In this document: piece by piece, positions 12,750-25,509 of the stretch
How positions within the stretch are numbered: position 1 is the first letter of the stretch
Layout of the letters: every line of letters starts with the position of its first letter
NCBI GenBank assembly: GCA_964016885.1
Contig: OZ024742.1
Span: 43,896,001 to 43,960,000 of the forward strand
Direction: 5' to 3'
Length of the DNA stretch: 64,000 nt
Origin: Eledone cirrhosa
Lineage: Eukaryota
Translations under genes and position numbers: made by a program
Notes under the pieces: model-generated
Database searches by the model: none
Seen by the model: the letters and a program-made list of their open reading frames with translations, nothing else
What the model was told of the DNA's origin: nothing

Positions 12750-12949
12750 GGTTCAATTTTATCATTATTAAGCTGGTATGTAAGAGCACATCTTAAAAGC
12801 TCTTACATAAAATTATGTACAAAGGTTTTTATATGAATATAAACACCTTAAAATAAACATAAAATCTCTTACAGTTTTCATATGAATATAAACACTTTAA
12901 TATAAGTAGCTTAGTATCGTAGAATCATGATCGGCTTTTGGTGATTTTA

Positions 12950-13160
12950 TATATATGGTCGACCGAATACGCACGTGTTTTTTTCTCCCGTCCCTTCTTC
13001 TTATCACTCTTTACTTTCTGTTTATCTTCTATTTTTAACTCTATCTTCTGATGGACAAGTGTCCAAAACCGAAACGTTAAGACTCTTTTCCTGCTATTTC
13101 AAACGTTAAACTAATATTTTCTTCCTTGTACTGTGACGTAAATATTTTTATATATTTCCT
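12950..13160 (+). repeat. Short dispersed repeat with degenerate hammerhead-like core
   Basis: TCTT CTGAT GGACA-AG-TGTCC aaaacc GAAACGTT AAGA at ~13044-13082; AT-rich/(TA) flanks. Confidence 0.35.
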
Positions 13161-14019
13161 TAAATGTCTTTTATAAGTATAGTATCTATACACCAGGCCC
13201 AAACACAAAGGAACCAAACTATCACTGCCTCTCTCTCCCCCGTTCTCCCCATCACTCACTATTATGAGCAAATGGAGGCCCACGCGCTGGCTGCACCGAA
13301 GTCCAGGTGGATAGAATAGAAAGCGTTTCCCAGGAGGGTGGTGAGGGAGATGCGCTGGAAGAGCCATTCCAGCTTGAAGTATATTTAATATATCAGACTT
13401 GATGACCGACTTAACTTCAGATAGTTTTGCTTTGTTTTAATTATTACAGTTAAAATGTACTTAGCTGACCAAGCTTTCTTTTTTTCTACTCAGAGAGATG
13501 TTCTCTCGCTTTCTCTCTCTCACTCTCTTTCTCTGTCACTCTCACTGTGCGCGCGCGCGCCTGTGTTATCCATTGTATGACATTATTTCGGAGTGCATAT
13601 TTGCCACTATGGATAATAGTGATAATGATGATATATATACATTTTTCACATCATTTATATATATTATGCATATGGTGTGTAAATCAGTTTTTTTTTTTTT
13701 TGTACATATACTCTCCAGATAAAGTGTTTCTAATCATCAAAGCATACCATAACATAGTCTTTTGTTATTTGTCAGAATTGTATTACCTAGTGAATTTATT
13801 AGGTTAATCTCCTCTTCTCCCTCCCTCACTCATTTGTTCTCTCTCTCTCTCTTTATACCACACATACATATAATATCTACCCACTGGAAGACATGCTTGA
13901 GGACCCCCCACCCTACACAACCCTTCCATTAATAAGTGAGTGAAGATATATATACTGTGTATATGTATGTATGTATATATATATATATCCGGGAGAGATG
14001 ACCCCTTAGCCTTTTTCAA

Positions 14020-14340
14020 GGCAGAATTCTAGGAGAAGGAAAACTCTGATATAACACCTGCAACCCTGATGGTATCCAATGATGTTGACTTGTTCTTCTT
14101 TTTGGTAAATATCATCTTGGTTAAGAGAGTGGGACTGGCTTTGTGCAGTGCCTTTGCTCACTATAAAAGCTTCACGGCACAGGCATTGCTTTATATCTGG
14201 AGATCTCTCTGCACTTGTCATCACATGGTACCATGGGCCCAGCACTATGTGTCAACAATTGTCACAAGTGTAGTGTTTGTACCAGAGTTTTCATGTCACA
14301 GGCTGGACTAAAAAGTCACACTCGTTCAGCGCATCGGTAG
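14020..14340 (+). mobile_element. Decayed LINE 3' end with C2H2 finger (probably RTE-type)
   Basis: Reads HKCSVCTRVFMSQAGLKSHTRSAHR* ending at 14340; upstream frame is broken. Confidence 0.45.
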
Positions 14341-14424
14341 GGGTTCTCCTACATGGATATAAAGTAGTGGCCGTACTCGAAAACGAGTTGGCAGCCCCCA
14401 TATATATATATAGAGAAAAAATTA

Positions 14425-14515
14425 GACCCCTACGGCAGAGCTCAAGCCGTTTCGACAGCTATTTCTGGACTCCAGAAATAGCCGTCGAAACGGCTTGAGC
14501 TCTGCCGTCGGGGTC
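14425..14515. repeat. 45-bp-arm palindrome (1-nt loop, 2 mismatches) containing a hammerhead 3' half
   Basis: 14425-14469 is the reverse complement of 14471-14515; right arm reads GAAAC GGC-N9-GCC GUC GGGGUC. Confidence 0.9.
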
Positions 14516-17289
14516 ATACTTTTTCTTATTTCCCACTCTACTACCCTTATTATTGAGTACTCTGGTGCATTATGGTCCATTTGGTTCCTTACCACAATTC
14601 CTTTGTTATATATATATATATATATGAGAATAAACGTGCTGCGGGGTTGCTAATGGGTTACATATGAATAAAGTTAGTCCTTCATCAGTGATCTTCCAAC
14701 CATCATTGGTATTTCATCGCTTTAAAGACCATATACCTCCAGTTGGTGCGAGCAACGGCTAAAAAAAGTCGTTGGGACACGTAAATAAAGGGGACACGAG
14801 TGTAAACAAACAAAAATGGTGAAGCAACGAAAAGTGAGGAAGAAGGATTCAAGTCCCAAATTTCTATGAATTTAAATTCTGTGAAATCGTGAATGAGAGA
14901 GAATAAAGACCATCAAACCTGGTTGAAATGTGAGCCTACTGATCAGCTCTGATGGAGCAGACATATTAAGATCTCTTTGAAAACCTCAGGTTTACATTGT
15001 CTGAAATGCCATATATTTAACACAGTAGGGCATTTGGTTGCTATTTCTTGCAAGTCCTGTGACGACTTAGTTTACTTTGTTAGCTATGGATCCCTCTAAT
15101 CCAGTAGTTTCCATCTTTTAAGTGAGTTCACCACTTTAACCCTTTCATTGTCGTATTTCCAATGATATACACTGTATTTCAATTAGTGAAATATTTTGAA
15201 GTATTTACTAAAATAATTATTTAATTATTAAAATAATATTTGTAACAAATGTTTCTTATATAACATCATTTTTAAAGGTTTTAATTTAAATGGGAACCTT
15301 TTAAAATGCGTGGTTTTGTTTGAACTAGGACGAGAACTTTTCGACAGGTTGGTATCAAGAGCTAAGTTGTTATGCTGAAGGTATGCAACACTTATGTGTG
15401 AATACTGAATTACAATGAACTATACATTTTTTATTTATTTACAACCTCATTATACACCTGTCAACTCTAGTGTGTTGCAACATCTTGGTTGGAAACCATT
15501 GCGCTAATAAATTAAGTCCTTAACATGGACTTTCTCTTGTTGCCAGTGTGTAATTGTTGGTCTGTGTCACTGTGCAGCTCTGTTGGTCGTGTAATTCGCT
15601 TTTTTTTTAGTCTGCATATTTGTTTGATTGTGTGTGTGAGGGAGAAACAGATGGGGTGGGTTGTTATCTTTATAATTCTAATGAAACACATTGCAAATTT
15701 TAATTAACTTGGAAAATAATCAAATTTTTTTTTTAGTTTAGTAAAATATCTAAACATTTTTTATTTTTTATTCATAAGCAAGCTACTACTTAAAAGATTC
15801 TTAAATAAAATTATGGGAAGCTTTAATGTAAGTATGAACCCTTTAAAATAGGCATTTTTATATCTTAGAACCCAGGCATAGTTTCAGGCATGTTGGTATT
15901 AAAAGGGCTAACTAACATACAGAGAGGGAATTTTTCCCCCTTATTTAAACTAGGTATTGTATTGTAACATATATATTTATCAGTCCTTCTTAGATATGGA
16001 CAAAGTTTCTTGCCCAAAACAATTCTTAATCAACATCTGCCTGTTTGGAATTAATTCAAACTTTGGTTTACACACGTTTGAAAATATTCTGTGTACATTC
16101 CATGCCTGCACAAACTTTGTATTTCATGAAGTATTCAAATTTATCACAGAGAATGTAATAACTTGTCTGAAGAATATGTACATTAAACTTTCTGATTCCA
16201 AACCCCTTGAAACCACCACTGGTTCAACATTACTAAGCTATTCATTTACAAGTGTTTATATTTATCTAAAAGCCTTCCATCATAATTTTATGTAAGAACC
16301 TTTAAGTTATGTTCCAAATGCCAACTTAATAATGAAAAAGTTATATTCTTTATCACATTTAAAATGATTTGAAAATTACAGGCAGTGTTTTTTTAATTAG
16401 AAATATACTTGTGAATGGTTTGAACCAATGTAAGAGGTTTTTGAAATCAACTTGTAAATCATAAGCAACAACCAACAAAATCTCCAGATTAATTTCTTCA
16501 AGCCTTAAAAGTCTTGGTTAAAGAACTTAAAGGCAGTCATCAGAACATTATCTGGAAAAAAAAAATCGATAATGGCTACTTTTATTTCCAGAATAATATT
16601 GACAGGTCTAAGACTCAGACTTACTCAAAAACAAAACAGTGGAATTAGAAACAGTAGTATCATTAGTCAGAGCTTTAGACACACGGGAATGCAAACGCTT
16701 ATGATGTCTGTAAACACTGTTATAAAGAAGAACACTGAATAGGGATAGTGTTTTTTATATTTACTTTTTATTTGTGAGGTATTCTCTTTAACTAGTTTCA
16801 GTCATTAGACTGTGGTCATGCCAAAGCACCATCTTAAATGCATTTAGTCAATCATATGACCCTCCATTAATCTATTTGGTTGAACTGCTAAGTTACAGGA
16901 CATAAAAACACACATACACATATGCTAGCGTGGAAGATGGACGTTAAACGATGATGATGATATATATGTATATATGTGACAGGGTTCTATTGTTTTTGCC
17001 TACAAAGTTTCCCTCATAATTTATTGGTCAATATAGTAGAAGGCACTATCCCGAGAATCCATGTAATGGAAATGAACCCGACGTCTCTTGGTTGTACATG
17101 ATAGTAGAGAATGTCCAGAAAAAGATGTTAATGTCGCAAGTGCAAGAAAAAGGGCAATTTCTCTTGTACGTCAATATTAGGTGATGAAAAAGTCCTTTGT
17201 ATTGTAGAATTATTGTTAGTAGTACATGACCCATTAATTTACAGATGGAATATTATTCAATTTTTTTACCAAATATAGACAATATGCCC

Positions 17290-17547
17290 CCACACTGTAA
17301 AGTGGTCATGGAGGTATCACGACAAAAAGTACCCAGTCCACACTGTAAAGTGGTCGTGTAGGCGCCATGGTAAAAAAGCACCCAGTGCTCACTGTAAATG
17401 AGGTTGGCGTTAGGAAGGGCATCCAGCTGTAGAAATCAAGCCAAATGTCTATATGAGTAAGACAGTCACCTGACCTGGCATTGCCCACAACAGGACAACC
17501 CGTCTAACCCATGCTATGATAGAGACATCGTAAAATGATGATGATGA
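17290..17547 (+). mobile_element. SINE/RTE-type 3' tail with (GAT)n
   Basis: Same tail blocks as 19300-19540 and the RTE 3' UTR at 62230-62499. Confidence 0.75.
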
Positions 17548-18189
17548 TTTTTTTTTTGTGTGTGTGTCTGCTTTCCACATTAGCATGGGTTGGATGTTGT
17601 CACAGTCTAAGGTCAGACAGGTCACAGCAACCTCATCTTGGCATGGTTTCTAATGTCAACCACCTTAGTGTGTTCTGGGGGCATTTTTTTATTTTTTTAT
17701 TTGAAGCACCAACACTGCCATTTTATACAATAGACTGGATACATTTTATCTTGGCACCTGAACTACCACTTTACAGAGTGAACTGGGTGCATTTTATTTC
17801 ATCATGGCACAAGCACGAAGCATGTGGTCATAAAAGATTCTGCAATAATGAAAGAATAATTGTGTGCATGTGTGTATTTATTTAAATATATGTATGTGTA
17901 TGTATGTATGTGTATATATATATATATATGTATATATATATACATACACTCACACACACATACACATATACATACACCCTCTTCTTCCTCAGCATGAAAC
18001 TAATACTTTGTGTTTTTGCATCTCTTTCTTGTCATTTCTTGAACTACATTCATACACTGAATGGAGATAGTATACGATAGATAGGACTTTCCAGCCTCAC
18101 CAAGCATATGACAATCTCTCTAGTATGCTATAAAGCATAGGCAGTACACTTTGAAAAGTGGTGTGTAAAGGGTTAAAACATCTGCTTAA

Positions 18190-18403
18190 CCCTTTAGCAT
18201 TTACATTACTCTACATTTACTATTATATTTTCATGGTAAAGGCCCCACATAATTATCTCACATAACATTGAATCTTTGAGATTTTGGTATTATTTATTTT
18301 GAGAACAATACCTTAACATCAGTATGAGCAGCCAGTTACAGCCGGTTTGAATAGAAAGAGGTGAGAATTCTGACTGGGTATAGTCGGTTTAAATGCTAAA
18401 GAG
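18190..18403. mobile_element. piggyBac-type MITE family 1 with TTAA on both sides
   Basis: TTAA-CCCTTTAGCATTT...AAATGCTAAAGAG-TTAA. Confidence 0.85.
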
Positions 18404-19120
18404 TTAATATCCAGTGGAATATGAAGATTTTGCAAGTGAGAAGTGTCAGAGATGTCTCAAGCAACCAACTAAAGCAGAATTGTTTATTAGATAGATGTCT
18501 TTGTTCTATTTTCAATGCAACACTATTGGAAGAATTGTTTCTTTATATATAAAAACTAACCTATTTTCTTTGTGATTGAACAACTAGAATTATGTCACTG
18601 AAGACAAAGGGTGTTTTGCTTATTCTGGTTTCTCTTGTCTGGTTTTATAGATAATTCTAGATTTAATATTCATTTATGTATGTCTGCTATATTGATATAT
18701 ATTTTGTGTATACTTATAAATATTATTGTGCGTATATTGATAGATAGATAGATATGGTGTGTATATTGGTTTCTAATATGTTGCTTATATCAGTGTATAA
18801 GGATATTGTGTATATTGATGTTGGTGTATATTGAAAGATGATGTGTCTATGTTCATTGATAATGTGATGTATAATGAGGATGTGTGTATAGTGATAGATA
18901 TGATTGTGTGTATACTCATAGATAATATATGTTGATATATTGAGATATAGTGTGTATGTTGCTTTATACTGATAGTGTGTATATCCTAGTATAGTGTGTG
19001 TATATATTGATAATGATATGGTGTGTATATTGGTGTATAATATATACTGCATGTATAATTGTTTGTATATGAATACATAATGTATTACAATGTGTGTATA
19101 TATATATATATATATGATGT

Positions 19121-19540
19121 GAAGGCGCATGGTTTAGTGGTTAGAGCATTGGGCTTGCAATCGAAAGGTTGTGAGTTCAATTCTTGAACCAGGTGATGTG
19201 TTGTTTCCTTGAGCAAGACACTTTATTTCACATTGCTCCAGTTTACTCAGCTGTAGAAATGAGATGATAGGACTGGGGTCCCTATCATTCCACTGCAAAG
19301 TGGTCGTGGAGGTGCCATGGCAAAAAAGCGCACACTGTAAAGTGGACATGTAGGCGCCACGGCAAAAAAGCACCCAGCACTCACTGTAAATGAAGTTGGT
19401 GTTAGGAAGGGCATCCAACTGTAGAAATCAAGCCAGAATCAGTTCTCGTATGAGCAAGACAAGGTCAGCCGACTGGACACTGCCCATAACAGGACAACCC
19501 GTGTAACCCATGGTAGCTTGGAAGAACGGATGATATATTG
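19121..19540 (+). mobile_element. Full-length tRNA-derived SINE (family A)
   Basis: A-box TGGTTTAGTGG, B-box GAGTTCAATTC, CORE-like block, internal ~48-bp repeats and RTE-like 3' tail. Confidence 0.85.
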
Positions 19541-19904
19541 ATGTGAAATGATGTATAATCTTGGATACACAATCATATTGTGTATTTGTTAATGCATGAT
19601 ATTTTATCTTGTGTATATTTTGATATATAATGAGGTGGGGGGTGCTGATTTATAATGGTTTCTGATCTAGGCACACGGTCAACAATTTGGGGGGAGGGGA
19701 AATCTATTAAATCGACCCCATTGCATTACTGGTACTTTATTTTATTGACCATGTAAGGATGAAAAGCAAAGCTAACCTCGACAGGATTTGAACTCAGAGT
19801 GTAAAAGGACATAACTATATGCAGCAAAGCATGTTGTCTGATGCTCTACTGATACTGCCAATCCACAGTGTTGATATATAATGATGCATAATGTATAACA
19901 GTGT

Positions 19905-20175
19905 GTGTGGCTTTGTGGTTAGGGTATTCAGCTAACAATCGTAAGGTCAAGAGTTTGATTCCCGACAGTGTGTTGTGTCCTTGAGTAAGACACTTTATTT
20001 CATGTTGCTCCAGTCCACTCAGCTGAGTTGTACCTGCCTTGTCATACACTGTATCACACTGAATCTCACTGAAAACTGCTTAAAGGGTATGCATGTCTGT
20101 GGAATGCTCAGCCACTTGCATGTTGATTTCATGAGCAGGATGTTTCGTTGATCAGATCAACTGCAACACTCACCG
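19905..20175 (+). mobile_element. tRNA-derived SINE with the same head/core but a different tail
   Basis: GTGGCTTTGTGGTTAGG..GAGTTTGATTCC head; CTTGAGTAAGACACTTTATTTC core; tail GTCTGTGGAATGCTCAGCCACTTGCATGTT resembling ~1830-1900. Confidence 0.7.
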
Positions 20176-20424
20176 TGTGAAGACATGTGGTCTAGTGATA
20201 AGTGTTGCACTTAGGATTGTAAAGTTGTAGGTTTGATACCTCGAAAGGGGTGTTGCATGGTGTTCTTGAGCAGCATGGTTCATTTCATTTTGCTAGAATT
20301 GGGGGCACTATCATTAAAACACCCATGAAACCTACACGGTGCAACCGAGTAAGTCAGCTAAACCTGCATAGATATGAGTTGTAATTTTTTTTTTTTTTTT
20401 TTTTTCATTTCATATGACGTTGAA

Positions 20425-20810
20425 TGGTGCCACAAAAAAATGTACCCAGCCCATTCTGTAACATGGTAGCATCGGTGTCATGAATAAATGCTTTCTGTTC
20501 ACTCTGTAAGGTGGTAGTATTGGTGCCATGATAAGATGCTCCCAGTCAAGCCTTTAAGGTGGTAGTATTGGTGCCATGATAAAATGCTCCCAGTCAAGCC
20601 TTTAAGGTGGTAGTGTTGGTGCCATGATAAAATTCTCCCAGTTCACACTGTCTAGTGGTAGTGTTGGTGCCATGATAAAATGTTCCCAGTCAACCCTGTA
20701 AGGTGGTAGTGTTGGTGCCATGATAAAATTCTCCCAGTTCACTCTGTAAAGTGGTAGTGTTAGTGTCATGATAAAAAAAAACACCCAGTACACACTGTAA
20801 AGTGGTTGGT
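20425..20810 (+). repeat. 48-bp minisatellite (about 8 units) inside a SINE copy (20180-20940)
   Basis: Unit GGTGGTAGTGTTGGTGCCATGATAAAATGCTCCCAGTCAAGCCTTTAA recurs at 20510, 20558, 20606 and onward. Confidence 0.9.
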
Positions 20811-21699
20811 ATTAGGAAGGGCACTCTGCTGTAGAAACTGGAAAGTATCAGTTAACTGTGGTCATCTAGCCCCAGAATATGAAAGCCCATCTAACTCCTG
20901 CTAGCATGGAAAATAGATGTTAAAACAGTGATGATGATTATTGACACACAATGCCTAATGATATTGTGTGTAACAGTGTGTGTATGAAGAGATTCTGAAC
21001 TTAGTTTGTATATCAGTATGTATATTAATACATTCTGATCTTATAGTGTGTATAATGACATGTGATATCTGTATAACTTCAATGGACACTGATGCACATG
21101 CATACTTAGATGCATATGCATGCACAGAATCATGTGCACTCTTTGTTTGAGCTTGCATTCTCTTTCATCATGAACACTTACACGCAGGAATGCACAGAAT
21201 AGATACACACACACATGTGCCTAGGCAGCAATTTATATACACATACATATGCAGATACAGATATACGTACATGCAAATACACATATGCACACATGTATGC
21301 ACATGCAAATACATGCACACAAATACAGTGTAGTATAAATATATACAGGTACAAACACAAATGCAAGTATGAACACACACACACACACAGGTACGAACAC
21401 ATAAGTGTAAGCACACACGTGTAAACACAGACATACTCACACACGACACACATGCAGGTATACACACATTCACTCAGCTTTGGAGCATACTTGAGAAGTA
21501 TTTCAAAAATGTGAGATCTATGTAATAAACACACCTTAAGAATGGAATCTATTTCACCTTATCGCCCCCCTCTCTATCTATCGTCTCTCTCTCTTTAGTC
21601 CATCTCTCCTTTATATATTTCTATTTTTAAATACTCTTTATTTATTTATTACCTCTCCCTCCTCTCTTCTTTATTTCCCTCTGTAAATTATCTCTCCCC

Positions 21700-21723
21700 C
21701 TTTCTCCTTCTCTCTCTTCTCTC

Positions 21724-21793
<70 letters not shown>

Positions 21794-21896
21794 TTCTCTC
21801 TCTCTTTCTCTACTCTCGTCTCTCTCTCTCTTCTCATCTCTCTCTCTCTCTTCTCTCGTCTCTCTTTCTCTCTCTCTTTCTCTCTCTCGCTCTCTT

Positions 21897-21959
<63 letters not shown>
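21700..21959. repeat. (CT)n microsatellite
   Basis: Direct reading. Confidence 0.95.
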
Positions 21960-21971
<12 letters not shown>

Positions 21972-22309
21972 TGTGTGTGTCATTGATGTTTTATGATTGT
22001 GTGTGTGTATATATATATATAATATCTATATTTTGCTCTTTTGTTCTCACTCTATTTACTATGACATAAATTGCCCTATTTTTTTCCATTTCTCTCCGCC
22101 CAATCCATTAAGCTTGCTATGAATATTCTACTGCTACTACACTGCACTATATATTCCAGGTTGTTCAGAACAAACAATATACAACAGCCTTCACTTTCTC
22201 TCTTTCTTTCTTTTAACATCTGCTCTTGGCTTTTTAACATGTGGAAATCAAGTTTGGGTGTATGTATGTGTGTGCCTTGGGTTTTTTTTTTTTATTGCTA
22301 TTTGGAGGA

Positions 22310-22660
22310 TGACATTAGAGCCAGATATCGATGTAGTGAAGAGAAATAAAATGAGATGGTTAGGTCATGTGTTGAGAAAAGGATGAAAGTGACTTGGTGA
22401 GAGGAATAGAGCCAGTGATGAATTTTTTTTAAAGAGAAATGGAATGAGACGGCTGAGTCATGTGTTGAGAAAAGGATGAAAGTGATTGTGTGAGGAGGGT
22501 GATGAATGTGTGGGTAAGTAAGGAAAACGGAAGACTAAGAAAGATATGGCTGAAGATGAGGAATGAAATGAAAGCCAGAGTATTGGTTACAGGGATGCAG
22601 ATAATAGGGCAGAACGGAAAAACTTGTCATGGGGACCGCATGAGTAATCCCTGCATTAAC
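22310..22660 (+). mobile_element. Old RTE-like LINE 3' fragment with internal duplication
   Basis: MRWLGHVLRK.ESD motif occurs twice (~22350 and ~22445), then GRLRKIW. Confidence 0.6.
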
Positions 22661-24099
22661 AGAATAAATTCTAGTTTAGATAGAATAACTTTAGGCAGTC
22701 ACATTCTAGTGGATAGGGTTTGGTCTTGAAGTCTTGATTTCAAATTTCTCTTTGGCATTTCATTATATTTAGTTAGGGCATGAGGTAATGTTTTTTATTG
22801 TTTCTCAAAAAGGCTTTGTCACGTTTCAAACCACCCATAATCATGTCTGTTTTCTGTGGTAGCCTGGGTTTGACAGGTCATCAGTTTGAAACAGAATGGG
22901 TTGGGGAAACACATCTTGCTCATACGCTTCATATTTTGGCATAACTTCCACGGTTAGATTTCCCTCATAGTACAAACCATTTTACAAGGTGTACTGGATG
23001 CATTTTATCATGACACCATCACTTGAAAGGTTGTTTCGTCCACTGCAAGGCTAGAGGAGCATCCATTCTCTCACCTATATATTATATTGTTATTATGGAA
23101 CCAAGGGAGCTGTCAGTCTCTCACAAATCACACTCTGCCATCATAAAAAAATGGGCACATTAGATAATGTAGTTCAGTCATTATCATAAGACAGTGAGGT
23201 AATCTCTCTCTAATTCAGAGGTGCTAAATGTAGTTTATAATGATTTCCTAGGATCAATAAGACTACACAGAGGTTCAATAGGACTACTCAGGATGTTGAT
23301 TGAACTTTTAGTCCAAAACCTGACACTTGTATAATAAATGAAAAAAATACAACAAAATACAACTTGCTTATGCAGGATTCAGATTGATATACAAGTCTTC
23401 ATTGTCTATTTCATGTTCTGTTTACTAATTTGTTTTTGTGCATGTCTAGGGTAATGAGTCAAGGATTCCATGTAGAGGTCGTTGTGGTGTCAAAGAATTC
23501 ATGAATTCATGAGCCCTAAACATTTTAGACTATGGTCTAAAATGTTTAGGGCTCTTTGCTTTGGATGGCTGGTTGACCTGCTAAAAATAGCGATCAAATC
23601 CCCCCCGCATCACACCCTTCAAAGCAATGTAGTCTGCAGTATAGTCATCATTATCAGCATCATCCAACAAGGGAGCCACTATGTCGTCCTTTGACTTACT
23701 AGAAATAACACCCAAATCTCCCTCACATAACACCCTTCAATGTCAAGGAGACGCTGGATAATGTGGTTTGCTGATATCATTATCATCATAAGTCAATGAG
23801 GGAGCCTCTACATGGTGGCTTAGCCTGCTAGAAGTAGCAGCTAAATCTCCCTCACCTAATACACCCTTCAAAATCAAGGACACATTGTTTAATAATGTGG
23901 CCATAGGTACACTCTGGCTATGGTTACAACTGGTATTCCTTTGATCATAGTTATGCTCAATCAGAACCAACCTGCAGCTAACCAACAACATTGTTTTATG
24001 CAGCTTTGATCTTTGATCATCATCATCTGACATATCTGATATGGATATTTGTATATAGTATTGGTGATATTATTTGGACTGCAACTTAGCTCACAAATC

Positions 24100-24760
24100 A
24101 TTTTAAATGAGTGAAACCAGTACTGCTACTTTATTTCATTGATCTTAGAAGGATGAAAGGCAAAGTTGATCTTGGTGGGATTTGAGCTTAGAATGCAAAT
24201 ATCCAGAACAAATACCACAAGACACTAATGGTTTTGGGAGTTGAAAGCTTTACATATCTTAATTTAACCCTTTTGATACCAAACCATGTGGTGCAAAACT
24301 ATTTGTTCTAAAATGTTTATATTTATCTTAAAACCTTCCATCACAATTTTATGTAAGAACCTTTGTTCTAAACACCCGCTTAATAATGGTTTCTGATTTA
24401 GGCTCAAAGCCAACAATTTTAAATCAACCCCAGTTTATTACTGCTATTTTATTTTACTGATGAAAGACAAAGCTAAACCTCGGCAGTATTTGAAGCCAGA
24501 ACATAAAGGACTGTAACTCTATGCCGCAAAGCATGTTGTTTGACTCTCTACTGATTCTGCTAATCCACCACCTTACACCAGTTTACCTTTCCTCTAGAAT
24601 TGTTGGCCATTATTAAAGTCGATTAAATCGACCCCAGTGCATTACTAGTACTTTATTTTACCAGCTCCATAAGGATGAAAGGCAAACCTAACCTTGGCGG
24701 GATTTGAACTCAGAACATTAAGGGTTGTAATTTTATGCTACACTGCATGTTAATGAAATT
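24100..24760 (-). mobile_element. Cluster of SINE family B copies, partly nested in a piggyBac-type MITE family 2
   Basis: Repeated GGATGAAAGGCAAA..GGATTTGAACTCAGAAC blocks; MITE end TTAACCCTTTTGATACC at ~24264. Confidence 0.65.
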
Positions 24761-25091
24761 CTTGATTATTTTTTAAATTATTTGAAAATCACAAGCAATG
24801 GTTTTCATTAGAAATATGGTAATGAATGGTTTAAATATCACCGAGCTGAAGAATCATTGATTAATCCATTAAGATTTCTTTTAACCCTTCCATTACTAAA
24901 ATTTACAACCTACCTTGGTTTTATGATACAAAACCTCCCAATTTAGAGTTTATATTTATCTAAAAACCTTTCATCATAATTTTATGTAATAGTGTTCTGA
25001 CAATGTTCCAAACATCTGCAGAATACTAAATTCCTTCATTTTAATTTATTTTCAAAAGTAATTGAAACACATGGACAAGAAAGATTCTTAA

Positions 25092-25285
25092 CCCATTAGC
25101 ATTTACATTACTATTGTATTTTCATGGTAAAGGCTTTATCTCACATAATATCAAATCTATGAAATTTTGATATTTATTTTGAGAACAATGCCTTAACATC
25201 AGTATGAGCAGCCAGTTTTAGCTGGTTTGAACAGAAAGAGGTGAGATAATTCTGGCCGGACACAGCCAGTTTAAATGCTAAAGGG
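25092..25285. mobile_element. piggyBac-type MITE family 1
   Basis: TTAA-CCCATTAGCATTT...AAATGCTAAAGGG-TTAA. Confidence 0.85.
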
Positions 25286-25509
25286 TTAAGAAATGGCCAC
25301 AAATCTAGTGCTATAATAGTCAGAGAGATAAATTAACTACCAACTTCATTTGGCAGGTGACCTCCCAAATTTGTGTCATCAAATGCTTTGCCTTTTATTG
25401 ACACACATTCTGAAACCTGTAATGCCATAGAAAATTGCACACAGCACCAACTAACAAGACTAGTTTATAAATTCACCATCTTAGATTTCAAATTATTATT
25501 ATTATTATC

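Noticed and set aside
14265-14340. Host C2H2 zinc-finger gene
   Set aside because: Single finger with no TGEKP linker or tandem array and a decayed upstream frame; fits a LINE C-terminus.
19121-19195. tRNA gene
   Set aside because: Has A and B boxes but no complete cloverleaf, and continues into a SINE body.
20425-20810. CRISPR-like regular repeat
   Set aside because: Contiguous 48-bp units with no unique spacers, no cas genes, eukaryotic context; it is a SINE-internal minisatellite.
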